Assembly: GCA_046349515.1 (NCBI GenBank)
Contig: JAXMCE010000002.1
Coordinates: forward strand, 27,623-91,622
Source: Alphaproteobacteria bacterium
GTDB taxonomy: Bacteria; Pseudomonadota; Alphaproteobacteria; CADEGL01
Direction of reading: 5' to 3'
Length of the DNA: 64,000 nt
The notes beneath the pieces are model-generated. The model searched no databases. It saw nothing but the letters and a program-made list of their open reading frames with translations, and was not told where the DNA came from. Shown here piece by piece: positions 22,601 through 33,548 of the stretch. Within the stretch, counting starts at the first letter, position 1; the number at the start of each line of letters is the position of its first letter. Both the position numbers and the translations under genes were made by a program.

Positions 22601-23073
22601 TGGCCTCTTTCGAGGCGGTGAACGAGCATTTCCAGACTCTGTTCACGCGCCTCTTCGGCGGCGGCCGGGCGCGCCTGATGCTGACGGACATGGAAAACCC
22701 GCTCGAGGCCGGCCTCGAGATCATGGCAAGCCCGCCGGGCAAGCGCCTTCAGGTCCTCTCGCTGCTCTCGGGCGGCGAGCGCGCGCTCACCGCCTTGGCG
22801 CTGCTCTTCGCGGTGTTCATGTCGAACCCGGCGCCGATCTGCGTCCTCGACGAAGTCGATGCGCCGCTCGATGATGCGAACGTCGACCGGATCTGCACGC
22901 TGCTCGAGGAAATCGCCCACCATTCCTCGACCCGGTTCCTCGTCATCACCCACCACCGCATGACCATGGCCCGCATGGACAGGCTGTTCGGCGTGACCAT
23001 GCCCGAGGCCGGCGTCTCCCAGCTCGTCTCGGTCGATTTGGCCCGCGCGGAGCGCCTTCGCGCGACGGCCTGA
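19609..23073 (+). CDS. smc: Chromosome segregation protein SMC
   Basis: 1154 aa. Walker A GPNGCGKSNLVDAL, long coiled coils, hinge, C-terminal LSGGERALTALALLFA signature and Walker B. TTG start. Confidence 0.9.
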   Translation: MVHFAKLRLAGFKSFVEPSELVIEPGLTGVVGPNGCGKSNLVDALRWVMAESSAKEMRGGEMDDVIFGGTADRPARNIAEVSIILDNADRTAPAAFNGDEALEVTRRIERGEGSHYRVNGRDVRARDVALLFADVASGARSTAIVSQGRVGSLVAARPIDRRALLEEAAGITGLHNRRHEAELRLRAAETNLQRLDDVLVTLDSQFEGLKKQARQANRYRNLSDHIRRAEAMLLYRRWRDARAAVEAARQRFAEADARVADLTGVAARAATTQAEAAQRLAPLRQAEAEAAAELHRLAVALDGLDAEESRVQAAQAELVARLDQIEADKSRERTLELDTKAARERLSGERSTLTAAQTDEAEHERGARDEVQAATTDAEAVESELAALTAAIAQTEARRAELTQRRTDSRERIERLSTLLRDMANEIASIRASAVADQDLASASVARERARVDLEAAQARVGEADAARTEAEEAEHAAREALREVEAAVAKLRAEERALAELLKASESDMWPPIIDRITVEAGYEAALGAALGDDLAAPADEGAPVHWRSLPPYDQPAALPEGVVALSQHVRAPETLARRLSQVGFVETAADGMARAAQLAPGQRLVSRDGALWRWDGFTVRAGASTTAATRLAQRNRLTSLRPALEAAERELKDAQATHDRARETSQAAARSAREAQDAAQRRLAQLDEAREHHAALAQRSSADASRLSMLEANAARSEREREEAEAKLADAEQGLASLADGTSSQASLERLRASLAEKRASLAERQSRLDRFIREAEVRKHRLEDIAKEDDFWRERSEAAARQLASLDERAATAQAEQARLAERPAEIATQRNALSDRIAVAEAKRREAADALLNAEGHLAEADKQLKSAEQALGEAREDRVRSEAAVEQAEQASTNIAERIAERLDCAPEAALEVAGVKDETELADLAHLEGRLDRLHRERDNMGAVNLRAEQEAAELGEKITALRGEREDLLAAIARLRDGIAELNREGRQRLLASFEAVNEHFQTLFTRLFGGGRARLMLTDMENPLEAGLEIMASPPGKRLQVLSLLSGGERALTALALLFAVFMSNPAPICVLDEVDAPLDDANVDRICTLLEEIAHHSSTRFLVITHHRMTMARMDRLFGVTMPEAGVSQLVSVDLARAERLRATA

Positions 23074-23212
23074 AGCCTTGTTTTCCGTGTGATGACAAGG
23101 ATTTGCATCACCCGGCCCCATCCTTGACAGGATTTGGGGCAGTCCCTTAAGGTCCGGCCGACTTGGCGCGGCCGCAACCATCCGCAAGAGAGGGTCAAGC
23201 GGGCGTCGGGCG

Positions 23213-23557
23213 ATGGAGGAAGGCGGCTCCCCACCCTCACTGAAGGACATCGAGGATCGGCTGAGACAGGCCCGGGCCGAAAAACCGGGTGATGGTCGAA
23301 AAGCTGAGCCCTCGGCTGTTGGGCAAGCATTCCGAATCGCCGCCGAGTTGGTCTCGGGCCTCCTCGTCGGGCTCGCCATCGGGTGGCTGCTCGACCGGTG
23401 GCTCGGCACGGGGCCCTGGCTGTTGATCCTGTTCTTTTTCCTGGGGGCGGCCGCCGGGATCCTCAATGTGTACCGCGCCGCCAGGGGGTATGGTCTCGCC
23501 GTCGGCTACAAGAAGCGCGATCGAGCGACGGACGAAGACGAAGAGGAGTTGAACTAG
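23213..23557 (+). CDS. atpI: ATP synthase protein I (AtpI/AtpZ-like small membrane protein)
   Basis: 114-aa ORF immediately upstream of atpB with two hydrophobic helices. Confidence 0.6.
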   Translation: MEEGGSPPSLKDIEDRLRQARAEKPGDGRKAEPSAVGQAFRIAAELVSGLLVGLAIGWLLDRWLGTGPWLLILFFFLGAAAGILNVYRAARGYGLAVGYKKRDRATDEDEEELN

Positions 23558-23561
23558 CGCG

Positions 23562-24314
23562 ATGGCCGAAGCTGGCGGGCACAGCCCCCTCGAGCAATTC
23601 CACATCAAGAACCTCGTGCCGATCGACCTCGGCGGCGTCAACGCGTCGTTCACCAACTCCGCGGCCGTCATGGTCGTGGCCGTCGTCGTCATCAGCGTGT
23701 TCCTGATCATGGGCATGCGGCGGAGCGCGCTCGTGCCCGGGCGCTGGCAGTCGATGGCGGAGCTGTCCTACGAGTTCATCGCCAACATGATCCGCGACAA
23801 TGTGGGAAGCGAAGGGCGGCGCTATTTCCCGTTCATCTTCACGCTGTTCATGTTCATCCTGTTCGGCAACCTCCTCGGCCTCGTGCCGTACAGCTTCACC
23901 TTCACGAGCCACCTGGCCGTCACGGCCGCGCTCGCCATCGTCGTCATCCTCGGCGTCACGCTCGTCGGGCTCGGGCTCCACGGCCTCCACTTCTTCAGCT
24001 TCTTCGTGCCCAAGGGCGTGCCGGCCGTGATGCTGCCGCTCATGGTGCCGATCGAGATCATCTCCTACCTGTCGCGGCCGGTGAGTCTCGCGATCCGCTT
24101 GTTCGCGAACATGATGGCCGGGCACACGATGATGAAGGTCTTCGCGGGTTTCGTGATCACGCTGGGCGCCGCCACCTTCGGCATCGGCGGCCTGGCGCCG
24201 CTCGCCATGAACGTGGCGCTCACGGCGTTCGAGCTTCTCGTCGCGTTCCTGCAGGCCTATGTCTTCACCGTTCTCACCTGCCTCTATCTCAACGACGCGA
24301 TCCATCTGCATTGA
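23562..24314 (+). CDS. atpB: F0F1 ATP synthase subunit a
   Basis: Conserved LAIRLFANMMAGH motif. Confidence 0.9.
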   Translation: MAEAGGHSPLEQFHIKNLVPIDLGGVNASFTNSAAVMVVAVVVISVFLIMGMRRSALVPGRWQSMAELSYEFIANMIRDNVGSEGRRYFPFIFTLFMFILFGNLLGLVPYSFTFTSHLAVTAALAIVVILGVTLVGLGLHGLHFFSFFVPKGVPAVMLPLMVPIEIISYLSRPVSLAIRLFANMMAGHTMMKVFAGFVITLGAATFGIGGLAPLAMNVALTAFELLVAFLQAYVFTVLTCLYLNDAIHLH

Positions 24315-24380
24315 GGCCGTATCGAATCGAGGGCCAGCGCGTCCTCAACCGTCCAACACCAGAAAAGGGGACTTAGACCA

Positions 24381-24605
24381 ATGGAAACAGAAGCCGCAAA
24401 GATGATCGGAGCCGGACTCGCGGTCATCGGACTGTCCGGCGTCGGCGCGGGCATCGGCAGCATCTTCGCCTCGCTGATCGGCTCGATCGCCCGTAATCCC
24501 GCGGCACGCCCGCAGGTGTTCCCGCTGGGCATGCTGGGTTTCGCGCTCGTCGAAGCGGTCGCGCTCTACGCGCTGCTGATCTCCTTCCTCATCCTGTTCA
24601 CCTGA
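24381..24605 (+). CDS. atpE: F0F1 ATP synthase subunit c
   Basis: 74-aa proteolipid, GLAVIGLSGVGAGIG...LVEAVALYALLISFLIL. Confidence 0.9.
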   Translation: METEAAKMIGAGLAVIGLSGVGAGIGSIFASLIGSIARNPAARPQVFPLGMLGFALVEAVALYALLISFLILFT

Positions 24606-24646
24606 GCGCGGCGCGCGGACAAGGCGAGAGAGCGTAGGCCGCTGTC

Positions 24647-25141
24647 ATGCCCCAGCTCGACCCGGCGACGTTTCCCACCCAGATCATCTGGCTGGCGATC
24701 ACGTTCATCGTCCTCTTCCTCGTGATGTGGCGCGTGGCGCTGCCGCGCGTGGCGGCTGTGCTGGCGACGCGGCAGAGCCGGATCGACGACGATCTCGACA
24801 AGGCGACCAAGCTCAAGGACGAGGCCCAGGGAGTGCTGGCCGCCTACGAGAAGGCCATGGCGGAAGCTCGCGCCCAGGCGCAAGCCACAGTGCGCGACGC
24901 CGGCGCCGCGATCGCGGCCGAGGCGGCGAAGCGCCACGGCGAATTGGCCGAGCGCTTGGCCGAGCAAATCAAGAGCGCGGAAGATCGGATCGCCAACGCC
25001 AAGGCTCAGGCCGTCGCCAATATCGGCTCGATCGCGAGCGATGCCGTCCGCCACGCGGCCGCGCGCCTCGTCGGCACCGCGCCGGACGAGCGCGCCGTCA
25101 GCGACGCCGTCGCCGCAGCCATGAAATCACGGCAGCCGTAG
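24647..25141 (+). CDS. F0F1 ATP synthase subunit b'
   Basis: 164 aa, one TM helix then a coiled coil. First of two b-type subunits, as in alphaproteobacterial F0 operons. Confidence 0.8.
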   Translation: MPQLDPATFPTQIIWLAITFIVLFLVMWRVALPRVAAVLATRQSRIDDDLDKATKLKDEAQGVLAAYEKAMAEARAQAQATVRDAGAAIAAEAAKRHGELAERLAEQIKSAEDRIANAKAQAVANIGSIASDAVRHAAARLVGTAPDERAVSDAVAAAMKSRQP

Positions 25142-25143
25142 CC

Positions 25144-25626
25144 ATGCTCCACGATCCAACATTTTGGGTCCTCGTCTCGTTCCTCGTCTTCATCGTGCTG
25201 GCGATCAAGCCGATGCGGAAGTCCGTGCTGTCCGCCCTCGATCAGCGGGCGGCGCGCATCAAGGCCCAGCTCGAGGAAGCGCAGAAGCTCCGCGAGGACG
25301 CCCAGAAGCTCCTCGCCGAGTACCAGCAAAAGCAGCGCCAAGCCATGGCGGACATCCAGGGGATCCTTGCCCACGCGCGCGAGGAAGCCGCCCGGCATCG
25401 GCGGCAGGGCGAGCAGGCGCTCGAAGCCTCACTCCAGCGCCGCGAGCGCCAGGCTCTCGACCGCATCGCCCAGGCCGAGACTCAAGCCTTGAACGACGTC
25501 CGCCAGGCGGCGGCCGACGTGGCCATCACCGCCACGCGCCAGCTGCTGCAATCCGCGCTCGATTCCTCGAAGCGAAGCGCCATGATTGACGCGGCGATCA
25601 AGGAACTCCCGCAGAAGATCCACTAG
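25144..25626 (+). CDS. atpF: F0F1 ATP synthase subunit b
   Basis: MLHDPTFWVLVSFLVFIVLA..., then a coiled coil. ATG at 25144, 2 nt after the b' stop. Confidence 0.85.
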   Translation: MLHDPTFWVLVSFLVFIVLAIKPMRKSVLSALDQRAARIKAQLEEAQKLREDAQKLLAEYQQKQRQAMADIQGILAHAREEAARHRRQGEQALEASLQRRERQALDRIAQAETQALNDVRQAAADVAITATRQLLQSALDSSKRSAMIDAAIKELPQKIH

Positions 25627-25659
25627 GGCTCCGCCGGATCGGGCTCCGGCGGCCGGCCG

Positions 25660-28551
<2,892 letters not shown>

Positions 28552-28586
28552 GGCGGTACGCCCCTTTTCCGACGTGGTCCCGACGA

Positions 28587-28964
28587 TCAATGGAGGCTGT
28601 CAACGAGGGCCTTGTAGGCGGCCTCGTCCATGAGCTCTCCCAGCTCGCCCTTGTTCGACAGTTTGATCTTGAAGAACCAGGCGGCACCCGTCGGATCGGA
28701 GTTGATCAAAGCCGGATTGCCGGTGAGGGCCGCGTTCGACTCGACGACCTCGCCCGAAAGGGGCGCGTAGACCTCGCTCGCCGCCTTCACGGATTCGACG
28801 ACGGCCGCCTGGCCGAGCTGGGTGACCTTCTTGCCGACCTCCGGCAGCTCGACATAGACGACGTCGCCCAACTGTTCCTGGGCGTAGTTGGTGATGCCGA
28901 CCGTCGCGACGTCGCCCTCGATCACCACCCATTCGTGTTCCTTCGTGTATTTGCGCTCAGCCAT
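28587..28964 (-). CDS. gcvH: Glycine cleavage system H protein
   Basis: Lipoyl-lysine motif [18 protein letters not shown]. Confidence 0.92.
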   Translation of the reverse strand: MAERKYTKEHEWVVIEGDVATVGITNYAQEQLGDVVYVELPEVGKKVTQLGQAAVVESVKAASEVYAPLSGEVVESNAALTGNPALINSDPTGAAWFFKIKLSNKGELGELMDEAAYKALVDSLH

Positions 28965-28994
28965 CGCCCGTCCTTTCCCTCCCGAACGTTCGTC

Positions 28995-30110
28995 TCAACC
29001 CCTGTAATAACGCTGCGGCCAAAACGGCATCGCGGCGACCTTCGCCGGTCGCGGCGTGCCGCGGATGACAAGCTGGATGTCCGTGTCCTTGGCCGCGTGC
29101 GATGCCTTCACGTAGCCCATGGCGATGGGCGCGCCCACGCTCGGCCCGAATCCACCGCTCGTCACCATGCCGAGTTCGTGCCCTGCCGAATCCGTGATCG
29201 CCGTGTGCTCGCGCGCGGGCGCCCGCCCCTCGGGCAGGATGCCCACGCGCTTGCGCGGCGCGCCCTCGCTCAGCTGGCGCTTGACCACATCGGCGCCGGG
29301 AAATCCGCCCTCCTCCCGCCGCCGCTTCTGGATGCTCCAGACGAGGCCGGCTTCGACTGGCGTCGTCGTCTCATCGATGTCGTGGCCGTAGAGGCAAAGC
29401 CCGGCCTCGAGACGCAGCGAGTCGCGCGCGCCGAGTCCGATGGGCGCGACCTCCGGCTCCTTGAGCAATCGGCGCGCGACACGCACCGCATCGGCCGAGG
29501 GCATGGAGATCTCGTAGCCGTCCTCGCCCGTATAGCCCGAGCGCGTCACGTAGCATGGTACGCGCTCGATCTCGATCGCGGCCCCGCTCATGAACGGCAT
29601 GGTCCGGCACGGCGCCGAAAACCGACCCAGCACCGTGGCGGCCTCGGGCCCCTGGAGGGCCAGGAGCGCCCGGTCCGCGTGAACCTCGAGCGCGACGCGG
29701 CCGCCGATCGTGCGCCGGAGATGGGCGATGTCCTGCTCCTTGCATCCGGCATTGACCACGAGGAAGAGGTCGCTTCCCCGGTTCGTGACCATGAGATCGT
29801 CGAGAATGCCGCCCCGCTCGTTGGTGAACTGGGTGTAGCGCATGCGACCGAGAGCGAGCGTGCGAATATCGGCGGGAACCAGCGATTCGAGCGCGGCCGC
29901 CGCCCCGTCACCTTGGAGCGTCACCTGCCCCATGTGCGAGACGTCGAACAAGCCCGCCCGTTCGCGCGTGTGCTTGTGCTCGGCCAGGATGCCTTGGGGA
30001 TACTGGACCGGCATCTCGTACCCCGCGAAGGGCACGATCTTGGCTCCCAACTCGACGTGAAGATCGAACAGCGGTGTACGCTTGGGCGCTTGGGGCGCGG
30101 GATCAGCCAC
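28995..30110 (-). CDS. gcvT: Aminomethyltransferase (glycine cleavage T protein)
   Basis: 371-aa GcvT (LFDVSHMGQ, GYTGEDGYEIS). Confidence 0.92.
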   Translation of the reverse strand: MADPAPQAPKRTPLFDLHVELGAKIVPFAGYEMPVQYPQGILAEHKHTRERAGLFDVSHMGQVTLQGDGAAAALESLVPADIRTLALGRMRYTQFTNERGGILDDLMVTNRGSDLFLVVNAGCKEQDIAHLRRTIGGRVALEVHADRALLALQGPEAATVLGRFSAPCRTMPFMSGAAIEIERVPCYVTRSGYTGEDGYEISMPSADAVRVARRLLKEPEVAPIGLGARDSLRLEAGLCLYGHDIDETTTPVEAGLVWSIQKRRREEGGFPGADVVKRQLSEGAPRKRVGILPEGRAPAREHTAITDSAGHELGMVTSGGFGPSVGAPIAMGYVKASHAAKDTDIQLVIRGTPRPAKVAAMPFWPQRYYRG

Positions 30111-30164
30111 TCGGCTCCTCCGACAGAGATCGCGATCCGGCCTGCCGCAACGGCCCGCCGAACC

Positions 30165-30365
30165 TCGCCCCCTCTGTCTTGGAACCTGAAAGATTCACCG
30201 CCCGATTGCCTATCGGCGCGGCTTACCTCTTCGGTGAGGCCCCGCGGCTGCGCGGCCTGCTTTCCAGAGTGTTTCCCCCTGCGGTCCTTCTGCCTGAGAG
30301 TTTCCGGGGCGGTTGCTCCTTCGGCGCCTACCCGAACGTGGGTCGATCTCTCCCGCAGGGTTCCG
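30165..30365 (-). promoter_or_regulatory. Tandem glycine riboswitch (two aptamers) in the gcvTHP leader
   Basis: The minus-strand RNA contains GGGAGAG...CGCCGAAGGAGCAA...CUCUCAGGC..GGAC (aptamer 1), then ACUCUGGAAAG...CUCACCGAAGAGG...CUUUCAGG...GACAGAGGG (aptamer 2). A GGAGG SD sits before the gcvT ATG. Confidence 0.8.
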
Positions 30366-30436
30366 CCGTGATCTGCGCGTCCACGCATCCACGGCGCGGC
30401 TAGCCTAGTCCCTCGGCCCCGAATGTCAACCGCGGC

Positions 30437-30991
30437 TCAGTTTTCCAGCATCTTCTTGTTGAATTCGAGCTCGCCGGGCGAGAGCTGGAAACCGGTATAG
30501 ATCCGGAACGCGGCGCCGGATCGCCCATCGAGCTTGATGAGCATCCAGGCGTCCTCGAGCGTGGTCGCCTGCCCGCCCGGGCCCATCTTGAGCTTCACCG
30601 GAAACTCCTGCCGGTCGAGGATGGTGTCGCGAATGTCCGTCACCGCGACGAAATAGGTGGCGTTCGCCACGTCGCCCTGGCCGCGCGGGCCCCGCAGGGT
30701 CGCGAAGTTGATCCGGACCTGCACCTCGAGATTGTCGACCGAGCCGCTGCTTCCGCGCGGCAGCTGGGCCGTCTTCGCTTCCGTGCTCGTGCAGGCGATC
30801 GCGACGTTCGATATGCGCGATTGATAGCGGACATTCGAAGCGTCCTGTGCCGCTCCGTCTTCGAACTTCGTGAGTTGGGAGAGGACGGCCGGAACCTTCA
30901 CATGCGGGCAGGGCGCCTTTGTTTCCGTACAGCCGGACAGTCCGACGAGCGCGGCGGCCACGAGGAGGACAGCCGCTCGGCCGGACGTCAT
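30437..30991 (-). CDS. Hypothetical lipoprotein
   Basis: MTSGRAAVLLVAAALVGLSGCTE lipobox from ATG 30991. The track ORF's upstream extension is Arg-rich noise. Confidence 0.55.
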   Translation of the reverse strand: MTSGRAAVLLVAAALVGLSGCTETKAPCPHVKVPAVLSQLTKFEDGAAQDASNVRYQSRISNVAIACTSTEAKTAQLPRGSSGSVDNLEVQVRINFATLRGPRGQGDVANATYFVAVTDIRDTILDRQEFPVKLKMGPGGQATTLEDAWMLIKLDGRSGAAFRIYTGFQLSPGELEFNKKMLEN

Positions 30992-31028
30992 GCGCATGCG
31001 TCTGAGATATGCGAGAGACAGGAACAAG

Positions 31029-31274
31029 TCAGATGCGGCTGTGCGTTCCGTCGCAGTACGGCTTCTTCGCGCTCGCCTTGCAGCCGCACAAATACACCTT
31101 CTGCGTCTTGTCAGGCGTGAAAGCCAGCGGCTGAAGCCCGACTTCCTTGTGCGCCCCGTCGCAATAGGGTTGCTTCTTGCTGCGGCCGCACGCGCACCAA
31201 TAATACGTCCGCCCGGCCTCGACATCGACGGCATAGGGCGCCTTCTGGGCAGGAACCGGTTCAGCCATGACCAT
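31029..31274 (-). CDS. CDGSH-type iron-sulfur domain protein (two CDGSH motifs)
   Basis: CACGRSKKQPYCDGAH and CGCKASAKKPYCDGTH. Confidence 0.8.
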   Translation of the reverse strand: MVMAEPVPAQKAPYAVDVEAGRTYYWCACGRSKKQPYCDGAHKEVGLQPLAFTPDKTQKVYLCGCKASAKKPYCDGTHSRI

Positions 31275-31473
31275 GTCTCATTCGCTATGAAGGGGCATGC
31301 CGGGCGGCGTTCGCCGGCCCGCGGACTTTAGTGAAGCACCAAACGTTGCACAAGGGCCGCTGATCGGCCATACCAATCGCGGCCGCCGCCGTCGGTCGCG
31401 CTCGCGCGCACCCGGACCACCGCCTTGGCGCGGGCGAAGGAACGAGCCGGCGCCACGGTGTGGAGCGATTCCG

Positions 31474-32436
31474 ATGGCGGTCTATACGGAGGTGTCGGAC
31501 GAGGAGCTGCGGGATTTCCTGTCCGCCTACGACCTCGGTGCCATCACCTCGTTCAAGGGCATCGCGGAGGGGGTGGAGAATTCCAACTACATTCTCCAGA
31601 CCGATCGCGGCTCCTACATCCTCACCCTCTACGAGAAGCGCGTGGCGCCGAGCGACCTGCCGTTCTTCCTCGGCCTCATGGATCATTTGGCCGCCGCGGG
31701 TTTTCCCTGCCCCACGCCCGTCCACGGCCGCGACGGCGCGGCGCTCCGCACGCTCTGCGGGCGGCCCGCGGCGATCGTCACGTTCCTCGCGGGCCTCTGG
31801 CCGAGGCGCATCCTGCCCTCCCACTGCCGGGCACTCGGCGACGCGCTCGCGCGCTTCCACGTGGCGGGCTCGAGCTTCCGCGGACAGCGGCCGAACAATT
31901 TGTCGGTCGCGGGCTGGCGACCTCTCTACGAGGGCAGCAAGGCGCGCGCCGACACCATACAGGTCGGACTCGAGGCGACGATCGCGTCCGAACTTGCCTT
32001 CCTCGAGGCCCATTGGCCGAAGGCCCTGCCGGCCGGCGTGATCCACGCCGACCTCTTTCCCGACAACGTGTTCTTCCTCGGCGAGAGGCTCTCGGGCATC
32101 ATCGACTTCTATTTCGCCTGCAATGATTTCTATGCCTATGAGCTGGCGATCTGCCTCAACGCCTGGTGCTTCGAGCCCGATGACAGTTTCAACGTCACCA
32201 AGGCGCATCTCATGCTGTCGGCCTACCGACAGCAACGACCGTTCTCGACGGAGGAACTTGCGGCGCTGCCGCTTCTGGCGCGCGGCGCGTCGCTGCGCTT
32301 CCTCCTGACGCGCCTCTACGACCTCCTCCACCATCCGGACGGGGCGCTCGTGAAGCCCAAGGATCCCCTCGAGTATCTGAGGAAGCTGCGCTTCCACCAG
32401 CAGGTGAAAGGCCCGGACGCCTATGGTCTCCGCTGA
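31474..32436 (+). CDS. thrB: Homoserine kinase type II (APH-fold ThrB)
   Basis: [41 protein letters not shown]..., kinase motif [12 protein letters not shown]. Confidence 0.85.
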   Translation: MAVYTEVSDEELRDFLSAYDLGAITSFKGIAEGVENSNYILQTDRGSYILTLYEKRVAPSDLPFFLGLMDHLAAAGFPCPTPVHGRDGAALRTLCGRPAAIVTFLAGLWPRRILPSHCRALGDALARFHVAGSSFRGQRPNNLSVAGWRPLYEGSKARADTIQVGLEATIASELAFLEAHWPKALPAGVIHADLFPDNVFFLGERLSGIIDFYFACNDFYAYELAICLNAWCFEPDDSFNVTKAHLMLSAYRQQRPFSTEELAALPLLARGASLRFLLTRLYDLLHHPDGALVKPKDPLEYLRKLRFHQQVKGPDAYGLR

Positions 32437-32890
32437 CGGCAAGGGCGAGGCCGTCCACGCCTACACGGACGGCGCCTGCAGCGGCAATCCGGGGCCCGGC
32501 GGGTGGGGCGTTCTCCTCTTCTACAAGGGCACCGAGCGCGAGCTCTGCGGCGGCGAGCAGGCGACGACGAACAACCGCATGGAGCTCCTCGCGGCGATTC
32601 ACGCGATCGAAGCCATGAAGCGGCCGGTCGTGCTCCATGTCCACACGGACAGCCTCTATCTCAAGGACGGCATCACGAAGTGGATTCACGCGTGGAAGAA
32701 GCGCGGCTGGCGCACCGCCGACAAGAAGCCGGTCAAAAACCTCGACCTATGGCAGCGCCTGGATGCGGCGCTCGCGAGCCACAAGGTCCACTGGCATTGG
32801 GTGAAGGCCCATGCGGGGCACGAGCAAAACGAGCGGGCGGATGCGCTCGCGCGCCAGGGCATGGCGCCCTATCTCACGGCCGCGCCATGA
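32423..32890 (+). CDS. rnhA: Ribonuclease HI
   Basis: [16 protein letters not shown]...TNNRMEL...HVHTDSLY. Overlaps the thrB end by 14 nt. Confidence 0.9.
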   Translation: MVSADGKGEAVHAYTDGACSGNPGPGGWGVLLFYKGTERELCGGEQATTNNRMELLAAIHAIEAMKRPVVLHVHTDSLYLKDGITKWIHAWKKRGWRTADKKPVKNLDLWQRLDAALASHKVHWHWVKAHAGHEQNERADALARQGMAPYLTAAP

Positions 32891-32903
32891 CACGCGCCAA
32901 GAC

Positions 32904-32929
32904 AAAGGGGGGCCCGGAGGCCCCCCGTT
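32904..32929. terminator. GC hairpin (8-bp stem GGGGGGCC/GGCCCCCC, 4-nt loop) flanked by AAA and GTT. Likely a bidirectional intrinsic terminator for convergent rnhA and prx (the U-tract is on the prx side)
   Basis: Read directly: aaaGGGGGGCCcggaGGCCCCCCgtt. Confidence 0.6.
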
Positions 32930-32969
32930 GATCGGATGAAAACGGCTGGACGAGATCGGCGACGGTGGC

Positions 32970-33452
32970 CTAAAGCTGGCTCAGCATCGTGTCGGCGTCG
33001 CTGATCTTGAAGGCGCCGGCTTCCTCGAGGTTCAGCTTCTTGACGACGCCGTTGTCGACGATCATCGAGAAACGCCGACCGCGCATGCCGAGCCCCATGG
33101 CCGTCAGGTCGAGCTCAAGCCCAAGCGCCTTGGCGAAGGCCGCGCTCCCATCGGCCAGCATCATCACCTTCTCGCCGACGTTCTGCGCCTTGCCCCACGC
33201 GTCCATCACGAAGGCGTCGTTCACGGCCATGCAGACGATGGTATTGACGCCCTTGGCCTTGAGCGCATCCGCCTTCTGCACATAACCGGGCAGGTGCTTC
33301 GCCGAACAGGTCGGCGTGAAGGCACCCGGCACGGAGAACAGCGCAACTTTCTTGCCGGCGAAGATTTCATCCGTCGAGATGTCCGCAGGACCATTGGCGG
33401 TCATGCGCTTCAGCTTCATGGACGGGATCTTGTCGCCCTCTTTGATGGCCAT
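32970..33452 (-). CDS. Peroxiredoxin, Prx5 subfamily
   Basis: Motif VPGAFTPTCS. 160 aa. Confidence 0.85.
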   Translation of the reverse strand: MAIKEGDKIPSMKLKRMTANGPADISTDEIFAGKKVALFSVPGAFTPTCSAKHLPGYVQKADALKAKGVNTIVCMAVNDAFVMDAWGKAQNVGEKVMMLADGSAAFAKALGLELDLTAMGLGMRGRRFSMIVDNGVVKKLNLEEAGAFKISDADTMLSQL

Positions 33453-33548
33453 CGGTTGTCTCCCTCGCGATGAGTATCGACCGCTCGTCGGTACGGCACC
33501 TTGGATGATGCCGCCATAGTAGTTTCTGCCCAGGCGCCGGGCAACCGC

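Noticed and set aside
25627-25659. GCCGGA-tcgggc-TCCGGC hairpin after atpF
   Set aside because: The stem is short (6 bp) with no flanking U-tract. It may still help terminate, but not confidently.
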